A stretch of DNA of 64,000 bases. It comes from Haliotis rubra (taxonomy: Eukaryota). This document shows positions 12,001 through 24,400 of the stretch, piece by piece. Numbering within the stretch: position 1 is the first letter of the stretch; every line of letters starts with the position of its first letter. The DNA is taken from NCBI RefSeq assembly GCF_003918875.1, contig NW_025767227.1:434001-498000 (forward strand). The letters are read 5' to 3'. The notes under the pieces were generated by a model. The model made no database searches and was not told the origin of the DNA. It saw nothing but the letters and a program-made list of their open reading frames with translations. The position numbers and the translations under genes are program-made.

Positions 12001-15000
12001 TAATATATAAATGAACAATTTCAACGGAGTATTCAAATCTACCGCAAATGTACACAATTTCATTTCATGCTTAGTCGAAAGTTCCGTTTGACTGACATTG
12101 AAAGACACGTAGTATCATAGTGGGGAGTCAACAAGGCGTGTCCCCCGCGGGTAATATTGCTGGAATATTACTAACGGCGTAACACTAAACTCACTTACTC
12201 ACTAAATTTCACCAAATATAGTGCTGTTGTGTAAATGCTGTTCAGTTGCCCTGAATTGCAGTATGAATGTAGGTTCAGATGCCCTGAAATGCTACAATGT
12301 GAATGTAGGTTGACAAGCCCTGATGTGCTACTGTATGAATGTAGGTTGAGATGCCCTGAAGTGTTACTGTATGAATCTGGGTTCAGATGCTCTGAAGTGC
12401 TGCTGTGTGAATGTAGGTCGAGATGCCCTGAAGTACTACTTTGTGAATGTAGGCAGAGATGCTCTGAAGTACTTCTGTGTGAATGTAGGTTCAGATGCCC
12501 CTAAGTACTACTGTGTGATTATATGTTCAGATGCCCTGAAGTACTGCTGTGTAAATATAGGTTCAGATGTTCTACAGGTTTAGATGCCACTGTGTGAATG
12601 TAGGTTTAGATGCCCTCAAGTGCTCTTGTGTGAATGTAGGTTCAGATGCCCCGAAGTGCTCTTTGTGTGAATGTAGGTTCAGATGCCCTCAAGTGCTCTT
12701 GTGTGAATGTAGGTTCAGATGCCCCGAAGTGCTCTTTGTGTGGATGTAGGTTCAGATGCCCCGAAGTGCTCTTTGTGTGGATGTAGGTTCAGATGCCCCG
12801 AAGTGCTCTTTGTGTGAATGTAGGTTTAGATGCCCTGAAGTGCTGTTGTGTGAATGTAGGTTTAGATGCCCCAAGTGCTCTTTGCCATGATCTGGTGCTG
12901 TGTCTGAACGGGTATAAACACGCTTTCACTTGTTGCTGTCATGAAGCTCCAGAATGTAGATTTGAAATGTTGCGCTGTTATATCGTTGCTTCAGCTGTCC
13001 CATTCTTTTCATAGACACATCCGTATATATACATACATGCCATATAAAAACCCTTCCATGTTTCAGTGAGCAGTGGTGATTATGTCGACTACGTGAAGGA
13101 TTGGCTGCAAGTGAAACAGGACAACCCGGACTTGCCAATGTTGACATTGTTTTATGAAAACTTGAAAATGGTTTGTAGTTCCTTTACCTATCATCAGAGC
13201 TCGATGCGTAATGTTGACAAGAAGGTCATAATGGTTTGCTGGGTACACGGTTTGAAGATGTAAGATGTTTGTGATTGTAAACACGTCAAAATAAACTTGC
13301 AAACTCGCACAAATCGAAATTCGGCAAGTGCATGTCATCTGTTGAGATGCTCGTGCATGTGATATTGCCCACAATACTGTATCAAGTGCATCCCCATCGA
13401 CCATCAACTTCTTGTTCATCCTAAATACCATGAAACACAAGTACATATTTTCGGTATATTTGTGCTGTTACAGGGTTGGGGAAAAGGGCTATCGTTTTGG
13501 TGATTTTCATTTCTCGTTTAACAGTCTGATAATATTTTGAAGGTATACTCCTCACAAAAAAATAAGCAACAAGTATTTTCAGTGTAATATCTTTATCAAT
13601 TTCGATAGCAATTTTGCCGACATGTTACTGAAAGGTAAATATTCAAAGAATACATAACCTTTAGTGACTGTCAAATTAATTTATCTGATAACATTGACAA
13701 CATAACCCGAACACAACCACACTCAGAAACAACATGCAAAATGTGTGGGATGAATGTGCACCACTCTTCACACATGCACCCTGATCATTGTAAACCTACC
13801 TGTAATCATTCCTCTGGCACAACAAGCGGGTCCTAACTTCATTTTAATGGGTGATAATGCCCGTCCATGGATGATAATGGCCGAGAATGAGTTGTTAACG
13901 ATGTTGTTTAGATCAACAACATCACACATATGGACTGGCCTGCAAGGTCACTTGATCTTAATCCCATTGAACATGCTTGGGACATTATTGGAAGTCGTGT
14001 TTACGGTCTCCATGTGCACCCCCAGACTCTGGATGACCTTGAGCAGGCGTTACAGAGAATGGCAGAACATTCCACAACAGCAACTTTAAAGGCTCATTTG
14101 GTCAATGCAAAGACGTGTAGAAGCTTGCATTTGTGCTCATGGTGGTCATACGCGTTACTGAACACTGCTTCACTGTCCAAAACTGACTTGAACCTTAATG
14201 TTAACATTTTGCTCCATCAATGCAGCACATTTTGCACGACTGTTTCACGAGTACATGCTTTTGATGATTTGTAAGTCTATTATTGCTCAATACCATTTCA
14301 TTTCATTTTGTTAATCGTGTGTATACATATTTAACCTTTCTATTGCATCATTCCATGATTTGAAATTTCAATAAATGAAAATGTAATGAGACTACAAATT
14401 TGTGTTGCTTAACTTTTTGTGAGGAGTATATATCACTAGTTTCTCAGGTATATCACTAGTCCCCAGGTATATCACTATATATCCCAAGTTACTATAGTGT
14501 TGTTGTTTTTTTAAGTATACGTTTACTTCTACTCGACTATCCATTATTTCTGAACTTCAGCAACAATGGTATTGCATATAGCGCAAGGGTAAGTTCTCTC
14601 TAAAAGATTTGTTTGAAGTGACAACCCTTATTTGTTTTATTTTAGGATCCTGTTAAAAACATCAAAACGGTTGCCGACTTCATTGGCGTGTCTGTCAGCG
14701 ATGAACTATGTGAGCAAATAGCAGAAGCGTGCAGCTTTAAAAAGCTGAGGGCCGCTGACACTGAAGTCAAGCAACACACTAGTAACCCGTCCGACATCTG
14801 GAAGGAGGGTCACCAAGGAATGTATAGAAAAGGTGAGATTGGAATTTTGCCTTGATTGTCTCTTTCCCCCCTTTCATTCATACATTATATGAGGACTGGG
14901 CATAGAGTAGGTCCAAGTAGTAATACCGTTTCAGAGTGACAAAAATCTCACCTCAAGGCTGTATGACAAAAGGGATGATTTCAACTTCCCAATTCAACCT

Positions 15001-16132
15001 TCCTTTCATTTCGAGCAATATTCCGACAGCTCCAGCCTTTGGTGTTTACATTTAGAAACATTTGAGATACAACTGAGCATGCTCTTTTCACCAAGATTTC
15101 AAACTCATACCACTCTTGCTCAGGATTTGTTCGATCAAGGTTACCACATTCAAGGCCTCAGTGAAGCTTTCAAAATGTTTTGTGGTAGACATGTGGACGA
15201 CATTTCAAAATTTGATGCATCAGTGACAAAAATATGACCGATACAATTCCCTATTTTGACTTGTACCATACGTTCCCGAATTAATTCAGGTGAACAAATG
15301 ACTAGACTTAGAATATGTTTATGATGGGTGCCACCGGTGAGGCAGGATACCTTTTCGCGAACACCTGGTACCATCACTATATGTAAGTGATGCATAGACA
15401 CAGTCTCTGCCATTCATATCCCATTGTGACAATCACTTGATTGTGTGGCCCTGACTCGAATTTGTTTACAAACAACATTATACAGCTGTCATACTGCTGA
15501 AACACTCATGATATAGTCACAATTGTGCAATCGTCGCTGCTTTTAGCAGAGATTTCTTATGAATTTGGAAATGGTTTTGTAGCTTCTATTGTGAAGAGAC
15601 GCGTACGCCCAATCATTATGCTTTTTGTTGTGAGACATACATAGTTTAGAGTATGTCCAGTTAGGATGTAACTTGTTGGGAGGTCACACGTGGGTCAGAA
15701 TAGTATTATTCATATCTATAGTTATTTAAGGATGCAATGATACATATCTTACTGAAGGGCTTACTCACGAATACATATGGAGGTATTATAGATCAAACTG
15801 ATTTTCAGTATTGTTTGCCACAAAATAAAAATAACTTGCTCTGAGGGTAAACTATGTTCGCAGGAAGGTTTGTGACACTCACAAATTACAGATTACTTCT
15901 GTGTTACTTACTTCAGGAATTTCTCATGAATGACGTACTTAAGGAGATAGTCAGGTGTTACTTACTAGCCTTACATTTATTACTTATTACCATTGAACTT
16001 AAGATATTATGTGCTGTTTCAGGTGAAGTAGGGGATTGGAAGAACTGGATAACAGTTGCTGAGAACGAAATATTTGATAGCCTCATTGAGCGCCGATTTG
16101 AAGGGACGGGCATTGTGTTCACGTATGAATAA
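9034..16132 (+). CDS. Cytosolic sulfotransferase (SULT1-like), paralog 1, 305 aa
   Basis: Exons 9034-9047, 10320-10498, 11524-11847, 13067-13170, 14646-14832, 16023-16132; all GT-AG and in frame. Motifs YPKCGTHW (5'-PSB), NSHL (catalytic His), RNPKDVSVS (3'-PB), RKGEVGDWKN, KNWITVAENE (dimerization). Confidence 0.93.
10140..10304 (+). mobile_element. tRNA-derived SINE (family A) at the intron 1 acceptor of paralog 1
   Basis: A/B boxes and tail; flanking repeat actcattcttcttaga / actcattcttttcaga. Confidence 0.85.
10795..10954 (+). mobile_element. tRNA-derived SINE (family A)
   Basis: Full length; TSD ataatggttcttg. Confidence 0.92.
12220..12885. repeat. 36-bp minisatellite (tgtgtgaatgtaggttcagatgccctgaagtgctac), intron 3 of paralog 1
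   Basis: Tandem units; produces 12-aa periodic spurious ORFs (CECRFRCPEVLL). Confidence 0.9.
13546..14428 (+). mobile_element. Internally deleted Tc1 element
   Basis: TIRs tactcctcacaaaaa / tttttgtgaggagta, TA TSD, transposase C-terminus (GDNARP, WPARSLDLNPIEHAWD). Empty site tttggaaggtatata in paralog 2 intron 4. Confidence 0.9.
14925..15410 (+). mobile_element. Retroelement RT C-terminal relic, probably Penelope-like
   Basis: Degenerate translation LTSRLYDKRDDFNFPI..FPFISSNIPTAPAFGVYI; absent from intron 5 of the paralogs. Boundaries approximate. Confidence 0.6.
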
Positions 16133-16650
16133 CCGTTATATGGTGATCATGGGGTTGTTGACACTGAATGCCAAATATCATCCAGGACATATCTATGAAT
16201 ACTCGTTTCTATGTTGTATGTGCATGTCAAGCCACAGAGTTTAACCTCTGACACTTCCAAATTATGGTGCTGACACTACAATCAAGGTAAATTTAGGAAG
16301 AATCAATCAATGTGGTTACAAGATGGATGAGTGAGTGAGTTGCATTTGTGTTGTGTCATGAACAGGTATCCAACTTATATACCCTTTACATGTCAAAACA
16401 ACAAAGGGAAATATAAGTAACTGTATACTGACAATGTATTTAGCGGTATTTGTGTTTTATACAGCATATATTTTCAAAAGTTATGGCTTTTAAACTAGTA
16501 TTATGTGTTACTGTGTATAACAAGTGAACAAGGAATAAAACATATATTTATGAATGTGTTAAAATATTATTTCTGGGTGAGTTTGTTTTTCCGCCGCTTT
16601 CGAAGCTTTTGTGGCAGCTTTATGTGTGAGGAAATTCTGAACTTAAGGAG

Positions 16651-16760
16651 CTGCCCTGAACGAAAAATCGATGACGTCATAGACCGCCGATTTGAAGGAA
16701 CGGGCATTGTATTCGAGTGTGAATAACGGGTTATGTGGTGAGCATGTGGTTGTGGACTAA
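16651..16760 (+). pseudogene. Orphan partial copy of the SULT last exon and start of 3' UTR
   Basis: Reads KIDDVIDRRFEGTGIVFECE*; lacks the acceptor and the GDWKN part. Confidence 0.85.
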
Positions 16761-17592
16761 GCACGCCTGTACGACAACTTTGGCTACTCATTACAATGAC
16801 ATCTCGGCCACACAGGAGATTTAACTTTTATTGCACATTCGGATCCACGATGAGGACACAAACAAATAGGTTGACATTCATTGTACCATCATAACGACTC
16901 TTTGGTGACGAGGGTTTGGACTTTTGGATCCACGATGACGTACATGTGTACATGTGAGGACACAAACAAGTAGGCTGACATTCATTGTACCGTCATAACA
17001 AGCCTTTGGCGACGAGGGTTGGGACTGTTGGTATGATGAATGAAAGCAAACAAAACTATTTCCATAAGCATGTCTCAAGGGTTCACCGTTTAAATAGTGA
17101 CGGTACCAGGTGTTTGCACAAACACATGCAACGGCAAGGTAATTATCAACAGCAGCAATGGAAGATTAGGACTGCAAGCATCAAAAGCAACAATAAGAAA
17201 TTTATATTCTGCCGAAAAACAGACACAAAAAGAACAAGGATCCAACACCTGATAAGCAGTGGCATGCAAGGTTCCCTTTGGTATGATGAATAAAAGCAAA
17301 CAAAACCATTTCCATAAGCATGTCATAAGAGTTCACCGTTAAAACAGTGACGGTATCAGGTGTTCGCACACACGTGAGCTTGCTATGTATCGTCGGTCGC
17401 ACAAACACATGCAAAGGCAAGTTAATTATTAACAGCAACAATGGAAAACTAACTTCGCCATCATCAAATGCAACAATAAGAAATGACATTCTGCTGAAAA
17501 TCATGCACAAGCAGAACAAGAAGCCCAAAAGGAGAACTTCCAACAGGTCATAAGCAGTGACATGCAAGTTTCCCCTTTTAATGTTCATACGA

Positions 17593-17706
17593 CTGACTGA
17601 CTGAGTTATGGTTTTACGCCGCTTTTAGCAATATTCCAGCAATATCACGTAGGGGGACACCAGAAATGGGCTTCACTCATTGTACCCATGTGGGGAATCG
17701 AACCCT
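17593..17706 (-). mobile_element. 5'-truncated family A SINE
   Basis: Tail through B box only; TSD tgttcatacga. Confidence 0.88.
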
Positions 17707-18410
17707 TGTTCATACGAAATCTCTCCGGAGTAAGGTATCGGTTTTGCTATACTGTTTCATGAGCATGTGTTAACCAACCGTTATCAAAATTTAAATGGTG
17801 GTAACAGGAATTGTCGATCACGTGAACAAATACAAACGAAGATTGATACGAGTAACATACAGAAAATGCACGTGTGATCAAGAGAAATATTCACTTCTAG
17901 TAGACGCGTATGGGAACTTTTAATGCGGGTCGCTGACTCTTTGCTTGCAGCAATTAAAATTTCCTGGCGTAAATAGTGATGAGATGAACAACTCGGCGAA
18001 CCCACCTGCTATGGCGTAGAGAAGCCAGGAAACATAGTCAGTGTGAACTGGCATTCCCAAAACCAAGGGACGCAACTCTGCATAGCAGATATACTGCAGT
18101 TGTTTGCTATGTCAATAACAGACCCTATGTCAGATCTATGACCTGTATAAACAGCCTTGATAACATCGCGTCAGGGTTATAGCTGGGAGACATCCTCCCG
18201 TGGCTCAAGGTTCAGCGTCTGCTTCCCCGTCTCTCCTGCCCCAGAACCAACACCTACACAGTCGACAGGAACAGTGTTGCTTCTGAACAGGGAACTGGTA
18301 CATTTGTCAGGGCTATCCGTCTTAAGGGAAGTAGCAGAGTCACGCAAGGGGGACACAGTTTTGTGTTGAGGAAAGTCAGTTACAAGCGTTGATCACACGC
18401 ACTGATCAAA

Positions 18411-21400
18411 ATGGAAGGTCAGCGGTAAGTACTTGTTCCTCTCGTTATTCGGCGTGCATACAGAGCTGGCAAGGTGTCTATTCCATCAAATTGTAACAGC
18501 AGCTTATCTTTCACTATTGTATTGATGTCATTTATTTAAATGCGTCTATCACTCAATTAAATGCACACAATGACGTCCCTTGCAACGGCAAGAATCTACA
18601 AGTCGAAAGCCAGGTTCAACATAATATTGATCCTCGGTTTGTAGGCACCATAGTCACTTTTGTAAGTAGCAACAAGCAGTTTTCTCACACAAGTGATTCT
18701 AAACCGTCCTTTAAAGCGGCGTTAAATCAAACCAAACAAGTAATTCTTCATAGAACTCCCGAGATTCTGGACTACCGGAATGCGAATGGTCATGGATGGT
18801 CCTTTTATAAAAATGACGGCCTTCTCCGGCCGATTGACACCACCCCTGAAGATGACATGGAAATGATCAGAAAAGTTCAGAAACTGGAACTTAGGGACGA
18901 TGACGTCTTCATTGCGGCATATCCTAAATGTGGTAAGAACCCAATAATGTACTCAGTCTGTATAAATGAATAAGCTATTATGTGTAAAAATGATTTTGAA
19001 ATCTCAAGGGAGCAGATGGTTCCATGAGACGAGAAACTCATGACCACACACCAGGCAACGAAAACATGCAACAGTGCCGAATCTTACCTGATTTGTGATC
19101 GCCGCACTGTGTAATTCATGCTGACAAAAAAACAACAACAAAACAAATACCATTCAAACAGGCGTAAACCCCAGTTAACTCACCTATTCAGATCATGCTG
19201 TCTATTCCGATCCCTCCAGGTACCCACTGGTTGTGGGAAATCGTCTCCATGCTCAAGGCCGGTAACTCTGAGTACAACAAGATGGCTAAGGAAATCGCCA
19301 TGTTGGGGATGCCGAAGACTGAGCGGGCTGATGAACTCCCTTCCCCGAGAGTTCTAAATTCCCATCTATTTTTCCGTCATCTGCCGGAAAAGCTGGTGGA
19401 GAAGAAAATAAAAACAATCTTCATCATGCGAAATCCAAAAGATGTCAGCGTATCCCTTTTTAACCATCTTAACGGAATGAAACTGAGTGTTAGGTTTGAC
19501 GGGACGTATTCAGAACTTCTGGATCTGTTTCTGGAAGGAAAAGGTGAGTGATGCTGTTACGTCATACCAAGCCTCAAGGTCATATGGCATAATGGCATAA
19601 TATGCCTATCACCGTATGTTTACCTGTTTATATTAATCTGAAGACATAATAACTGCTGTATCTAATTAACATGTAACAAATAGCAGATATAATGCTTTAA
19701 ATGTCATTGTCTTCAACAGTTAAGCCTGATATAGTTCACCATGTCTCGTTTAAGGCGCAAGAGTTCGCTGTGAAATTTGTGACCGTGGGTTTAAAACCCG
19801 GCCATGTTTATAGGCTTGCTTGCACCATATCCGTCCTCGTGGGTTTCAACAAGGTTGAAACATCTGGGACCTGCATTACTTCGGGCTTCCCTCCATCCTT
19901 AAGCTAGGACGCCGTGAGACGACTGATGTGCCTTTTCAAAGCAGCATTAAAGTCTCACTCGTCCCAGCATGACTCTGCCAGTCGTTTTGTGGTTCTCAAT
20001 GCAAACATTTACACTTAAATTTCTTAAATGACATCCTTTAGCGTAACTCAAAGTGAGTTTTCTGTTACCTGACAGAAAACATGTTCAAAGAAACAATAGT
20101 AGCCTTTCCTTGTGCATCTGCATTTGCATCTCGATTGAACGCCAAAGTCTAGAGTAACGCCTAGCCTCTGGGAGTGTGTACCTGTCATGCAAACAGGCAA
20201 CTTCATCACACTGAGGCACCCGTGAAGAGCCACCTCGTCGTGGTGGGTGCTGGGTAACGCTAAGCGCTCTTCAGCCCCCCGTTGTGGACCCGGGGGTATA
20301 TTTGGTCCACCAACCCGTTTGCCGTGGGTTGCGCCCCTGTGTCGGTGGAGGACGGGAGTCTGGTGATTGAGGGTACTGGTTCCAGGACGGGTGGTTGAAT
20401 GGGCCCGGTTCAACCAATCGGCTGGTCATGCCATGCCCTGTGCATTGTATCTCATATTGCACAAATGTTATTTCACTAAATGATCCTGTGTTTGGTAATG
20501 GCCAAATTAATTCACGGAGCTTATTATTGATTTCAAAATTCAACAAATGTTAATTTTGCCTAGAGTCGTATGCCCAGAAGGCGGTGGCTCATGGGCAAAT
20601 TCAGTGGAATAATTATTCTGTTAGTTCTTCTGCTGGAGTATATCATCTGAGTATCCTTGGTGCTGCAAGTCTGAAACCCCCTTGTTTTTAGCATTGTCTT
20701 CATGATACTCCGTGGTAGGTGGGGAGCTCAGATGATGAACTATACTACATTAGCTATGGCTTACACAACCCCCCTTAAAAGAAACAAACGTCAGCCTGAC
20801 AGTGCTGATGATGAACCTCGACCGTCCAACTCAATCGAATATTGGCCACGATTTCTCGTTATTGAGACTCTTGACAAATCACATATTAAATTGAACCCTT
20901 TTGCCGTATCAAAAGGTATACATGGTATCGCAGGTGAGGTCAGAAATATCAAACGATTGCGTTCAGGTTCTCTACTTATAGAATGTAGCAGAAAACAACA
21001 ATCCACCAACCTGATGTCTACTGAGTTGCCCGTTGGAGTTCCGGTCTCGGTTTCCCCGCACAGGACTCTGAACACAAGCAAAGGGATTGTCAGAGATTGA
21101 GATCGATTGTTTGCTGATATGACTGAACTTGATATGGTGTCAGAAATGAAAGAGCAAGGAGTGACTTTTGTTAAAAGATTTATAACCCGAATAAACTCTG
21201 AAACAAAACCAACTAATACTTATCTCTTCCATTTTTCTTCTCCAACCATTCCAAAATCAATTAGAGCAGGATATTGCAATATCAGTGTTGATACTTATAT
21301 CCCCAATCCACTAAGATGTTTCAAATGCCAGAAGTACGGACACGGTGCCAATAACTGTACTAACTTGGTAACATGAGCTCATTGCAGTGAGAAAACTCAT

Positions 21401-24400
21401 GTTACTGAGGATTGCAATAATACCATTAAAAAATGCGTCAACTGCTCTGGGACACATCCTTCTTTCTCTAAACACTGTCCAATCTGGAAGGAACAAATGG
21501 AGATCAATAAAATTAAATTTACACAGAATATCAGTTTTGCTGATGCTAAGAAACGTCTTGTTCCCACACCGGAACCAAATACATCTTATGCCTCAATTAC
21601 GAGAGCACCCTCTGTCGTCAGTCACAAAGCAACTGTATCCACTTCATCAACACTGTGCCAAACTGATCTGACATGGGTGGATACAGAAAAACCTTAACAC
21701 TCAGACTGCTGAATCAATTCCAAAAACAGTTCAAGTTCAGTCACGGTCATCTACTTAAGAACAATCATCGTCATTATCATCACAGCCCATACCAAAACAT
21801 CAATCACAAAATAATGGGAATCATCTTACCAAAAATAAAATCAAAGCCAGAAATGATTTGCAAAAATGTCAAAGTAGCAGAGCCTCCAAAGGTTCAAATG
21901 ACACAATCCAACTTTTTAATAAGTTCGGATCCTTAGAGGACATGGATGTGTCCGAAAATATCCAAATTAGGGCACATAGCTTGTCGCCCTCAAGAAAAGC
22001 AAGGGGTAGACCCCCAATAGGCCCTCCAAAGAAGTAGTTTCTTCACATATTATTCAGTGGAATTGCAGAGGCCGAAAGACTAATCTTAATGAACTGCACC
22101 TATTAGTCCAAGACTTTAAACCTTCAGCATTCTGCTTGCAAGAAACGTATCTCAAGCAGACAAATACTTTTAACTTCCGTCACTATAATGCATATCATTA
22201 TTTTTCTCCACCTGGTGATAGGGCCACTGGAGGATCATCAATCCTTGTAAGGCATGATGTTATTCATAGCCCTGTTACACGCAAAACTAATCTTCAAGCA
22301 GTTGCAGTGCGAATTACTTTGAACATTACACTTACTCTGTGTTCATTGTACATTCCACCTTCATCAACTCTTCAGCAGGCTGATCTACAAACTCTCTACG
22401 ATCAACTACCCAAGCCTTGTATATTCATGGGTGATTTGAATGGGCACAACCCTCTCTGGGGTGGTGTGACCACAAACGCAAAAGGACAAGTTTAGGAGGA
22501 TTTAATTTCAAATAATAATTTACGTATATATAATGATGGTACAAAATCATATTTACATCCTGGCACAGGAACATATTCAGCTCTTGATATGTCAATAACT
22601 GACTCCAACTTACTGAATGAATTTGAATGGTCAGTTCACGATGACCTCTGTGGAAGTGACCATTTTCCTACTTTACTAAAACCTGTAACCCCATCTGATA
22701 TTCCTTCATCATCAAGATGGAATTTTAGAAAGGCTAACTGGCCTCTTTATGAAATGCTGTGTGTTACGAAACTTAAACCTGAATTTTTTGTTGATGTTCC
22801 TGATGCTATCAAATGTTTTTCTGATGAACTGAACATCATAGCTGATGAGTGTACACCAAAGTCATCTGCAATTCCACATATTCGAAAACCTTGGTTCAAC
22901 GATGAGTGCAAACAAGCTAGGAAGGCAAGGAAAAAAGCAGAACATTATTTCCGTCGCCACCCTATGGTGCATAATTTAAATAAATTCAAAATTATGAATG
23001 CTTAAGCGCGGCGTACCTTCAAACAGAGGTGTGGAACATGGTCCAGAGAATTAAAGGTAAAGGTACTAAATCTAGCATCCATCATCATAAATATGGACAT
23101 CAATTGCTAACCGATAATCAGATATTGCAAATAAACTGGGTGAAACTCTTGCTAAACATTCTTCCTCTTCTAATTATGTGCCTAAATTCCAACAATATAA
23201 AAAGCAACAAGAAAAGAAATCTATTAATTTCAATTCAGATAATGGGGAAGATTATAATGAACTATTTTCTATTCATGAGCTCCATACTGCTCTTGAACAA
23301 GCTCACCATACTGTTACAGGAGCTGATAACATACATTATCAACTCCTGAAGCACTTACAAGAATCCTGTCTAGAGACTTTTAAAAATATTTTTGATGATA
23401 TTTGGACGTCAGGTAAATTTCCTCCCTCATGGCGTGACGCTATAGTAGTACCAATACCTAAAACTAAATTTGCTTCCTGAACGTAGGATCATATGTGGTA
23501 CACTTGATAATGTACTGTCCTGAAATGGGTTCCAATACTCACATGCTCCTTTCTGAATGTGGGCTGAAAGGACCTGCTATTCTTTTTTTACAATGTGGGT
23601 TTGAACATCTTGACGTAATCTGCCTGAATGTGGGTTTGGATGCTTTGATGTGCTGTGCCTAAATGTACGCTAAAACTCTTTGAAATGCTGCTCCATGCAA
23701 ATGAGTTGAAATGCTCTGACCTACAGTTTCCTGAATACGGGTTTCAATGTTCTGACATGGTAGAAATTCTGTGACGTGATGCTGTCAAATATGGACTTAA
23801 ACGATGTTGCCTGACTGTAGTTTAGATGTTCTGACTTGTTGTTGATGGACTGTAGGTCTAAACGCTCCCAGGGTCTGCTAAGTGAATGTTGACTTAAATG
23901 CTTGAGTTTCTTTATGAATGTGGATTTAACTGCTCTGGAATGTTGCTATCTGAATATGGTGCTCCTACGTGTACAATGTTCTGACGTTCCGCTGGCTGAA
24001 TGTAGATATTAATCCTCTGAAGAGCTGCTCCTGAAAGTCGGTTTAGATGCATGCACATGATGCTGTGTGAATGTGGGTTCAGATGCCCTGGAGTGCTACT
24101 GTGTGTATATCGGTTCAGATGCTTTGATCCGTTACGGTGTGTCTGAATGGGTCTTTCACGATTTAAAAAAATAAATAAATTCTACACGCGTCTTTTAACA
24201 CTCTAACGTATTTCTCTGTCAGTATGTTTTTAAGCAATCTGACGAGCTGGTCCCGGAATTTTGGTTTGAACTGATTCTTAAATACGATGTATGTCGTGCA
24301 CCTATGTGGACGTTTGTGCGAATGAAAGAAGATTTTAATTCTCTGACGAGCTACTGCTTATACAAAATTCCTTCCAATGTTTCAGTGGGCATTGGTGATT

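Noticed and set aside
12235-12749. Cys-rich metallothionein-like peptide (CECRFRC repeats)
   Set aside because: Translation of the intronic satellite; frames break and no gene structure is present.
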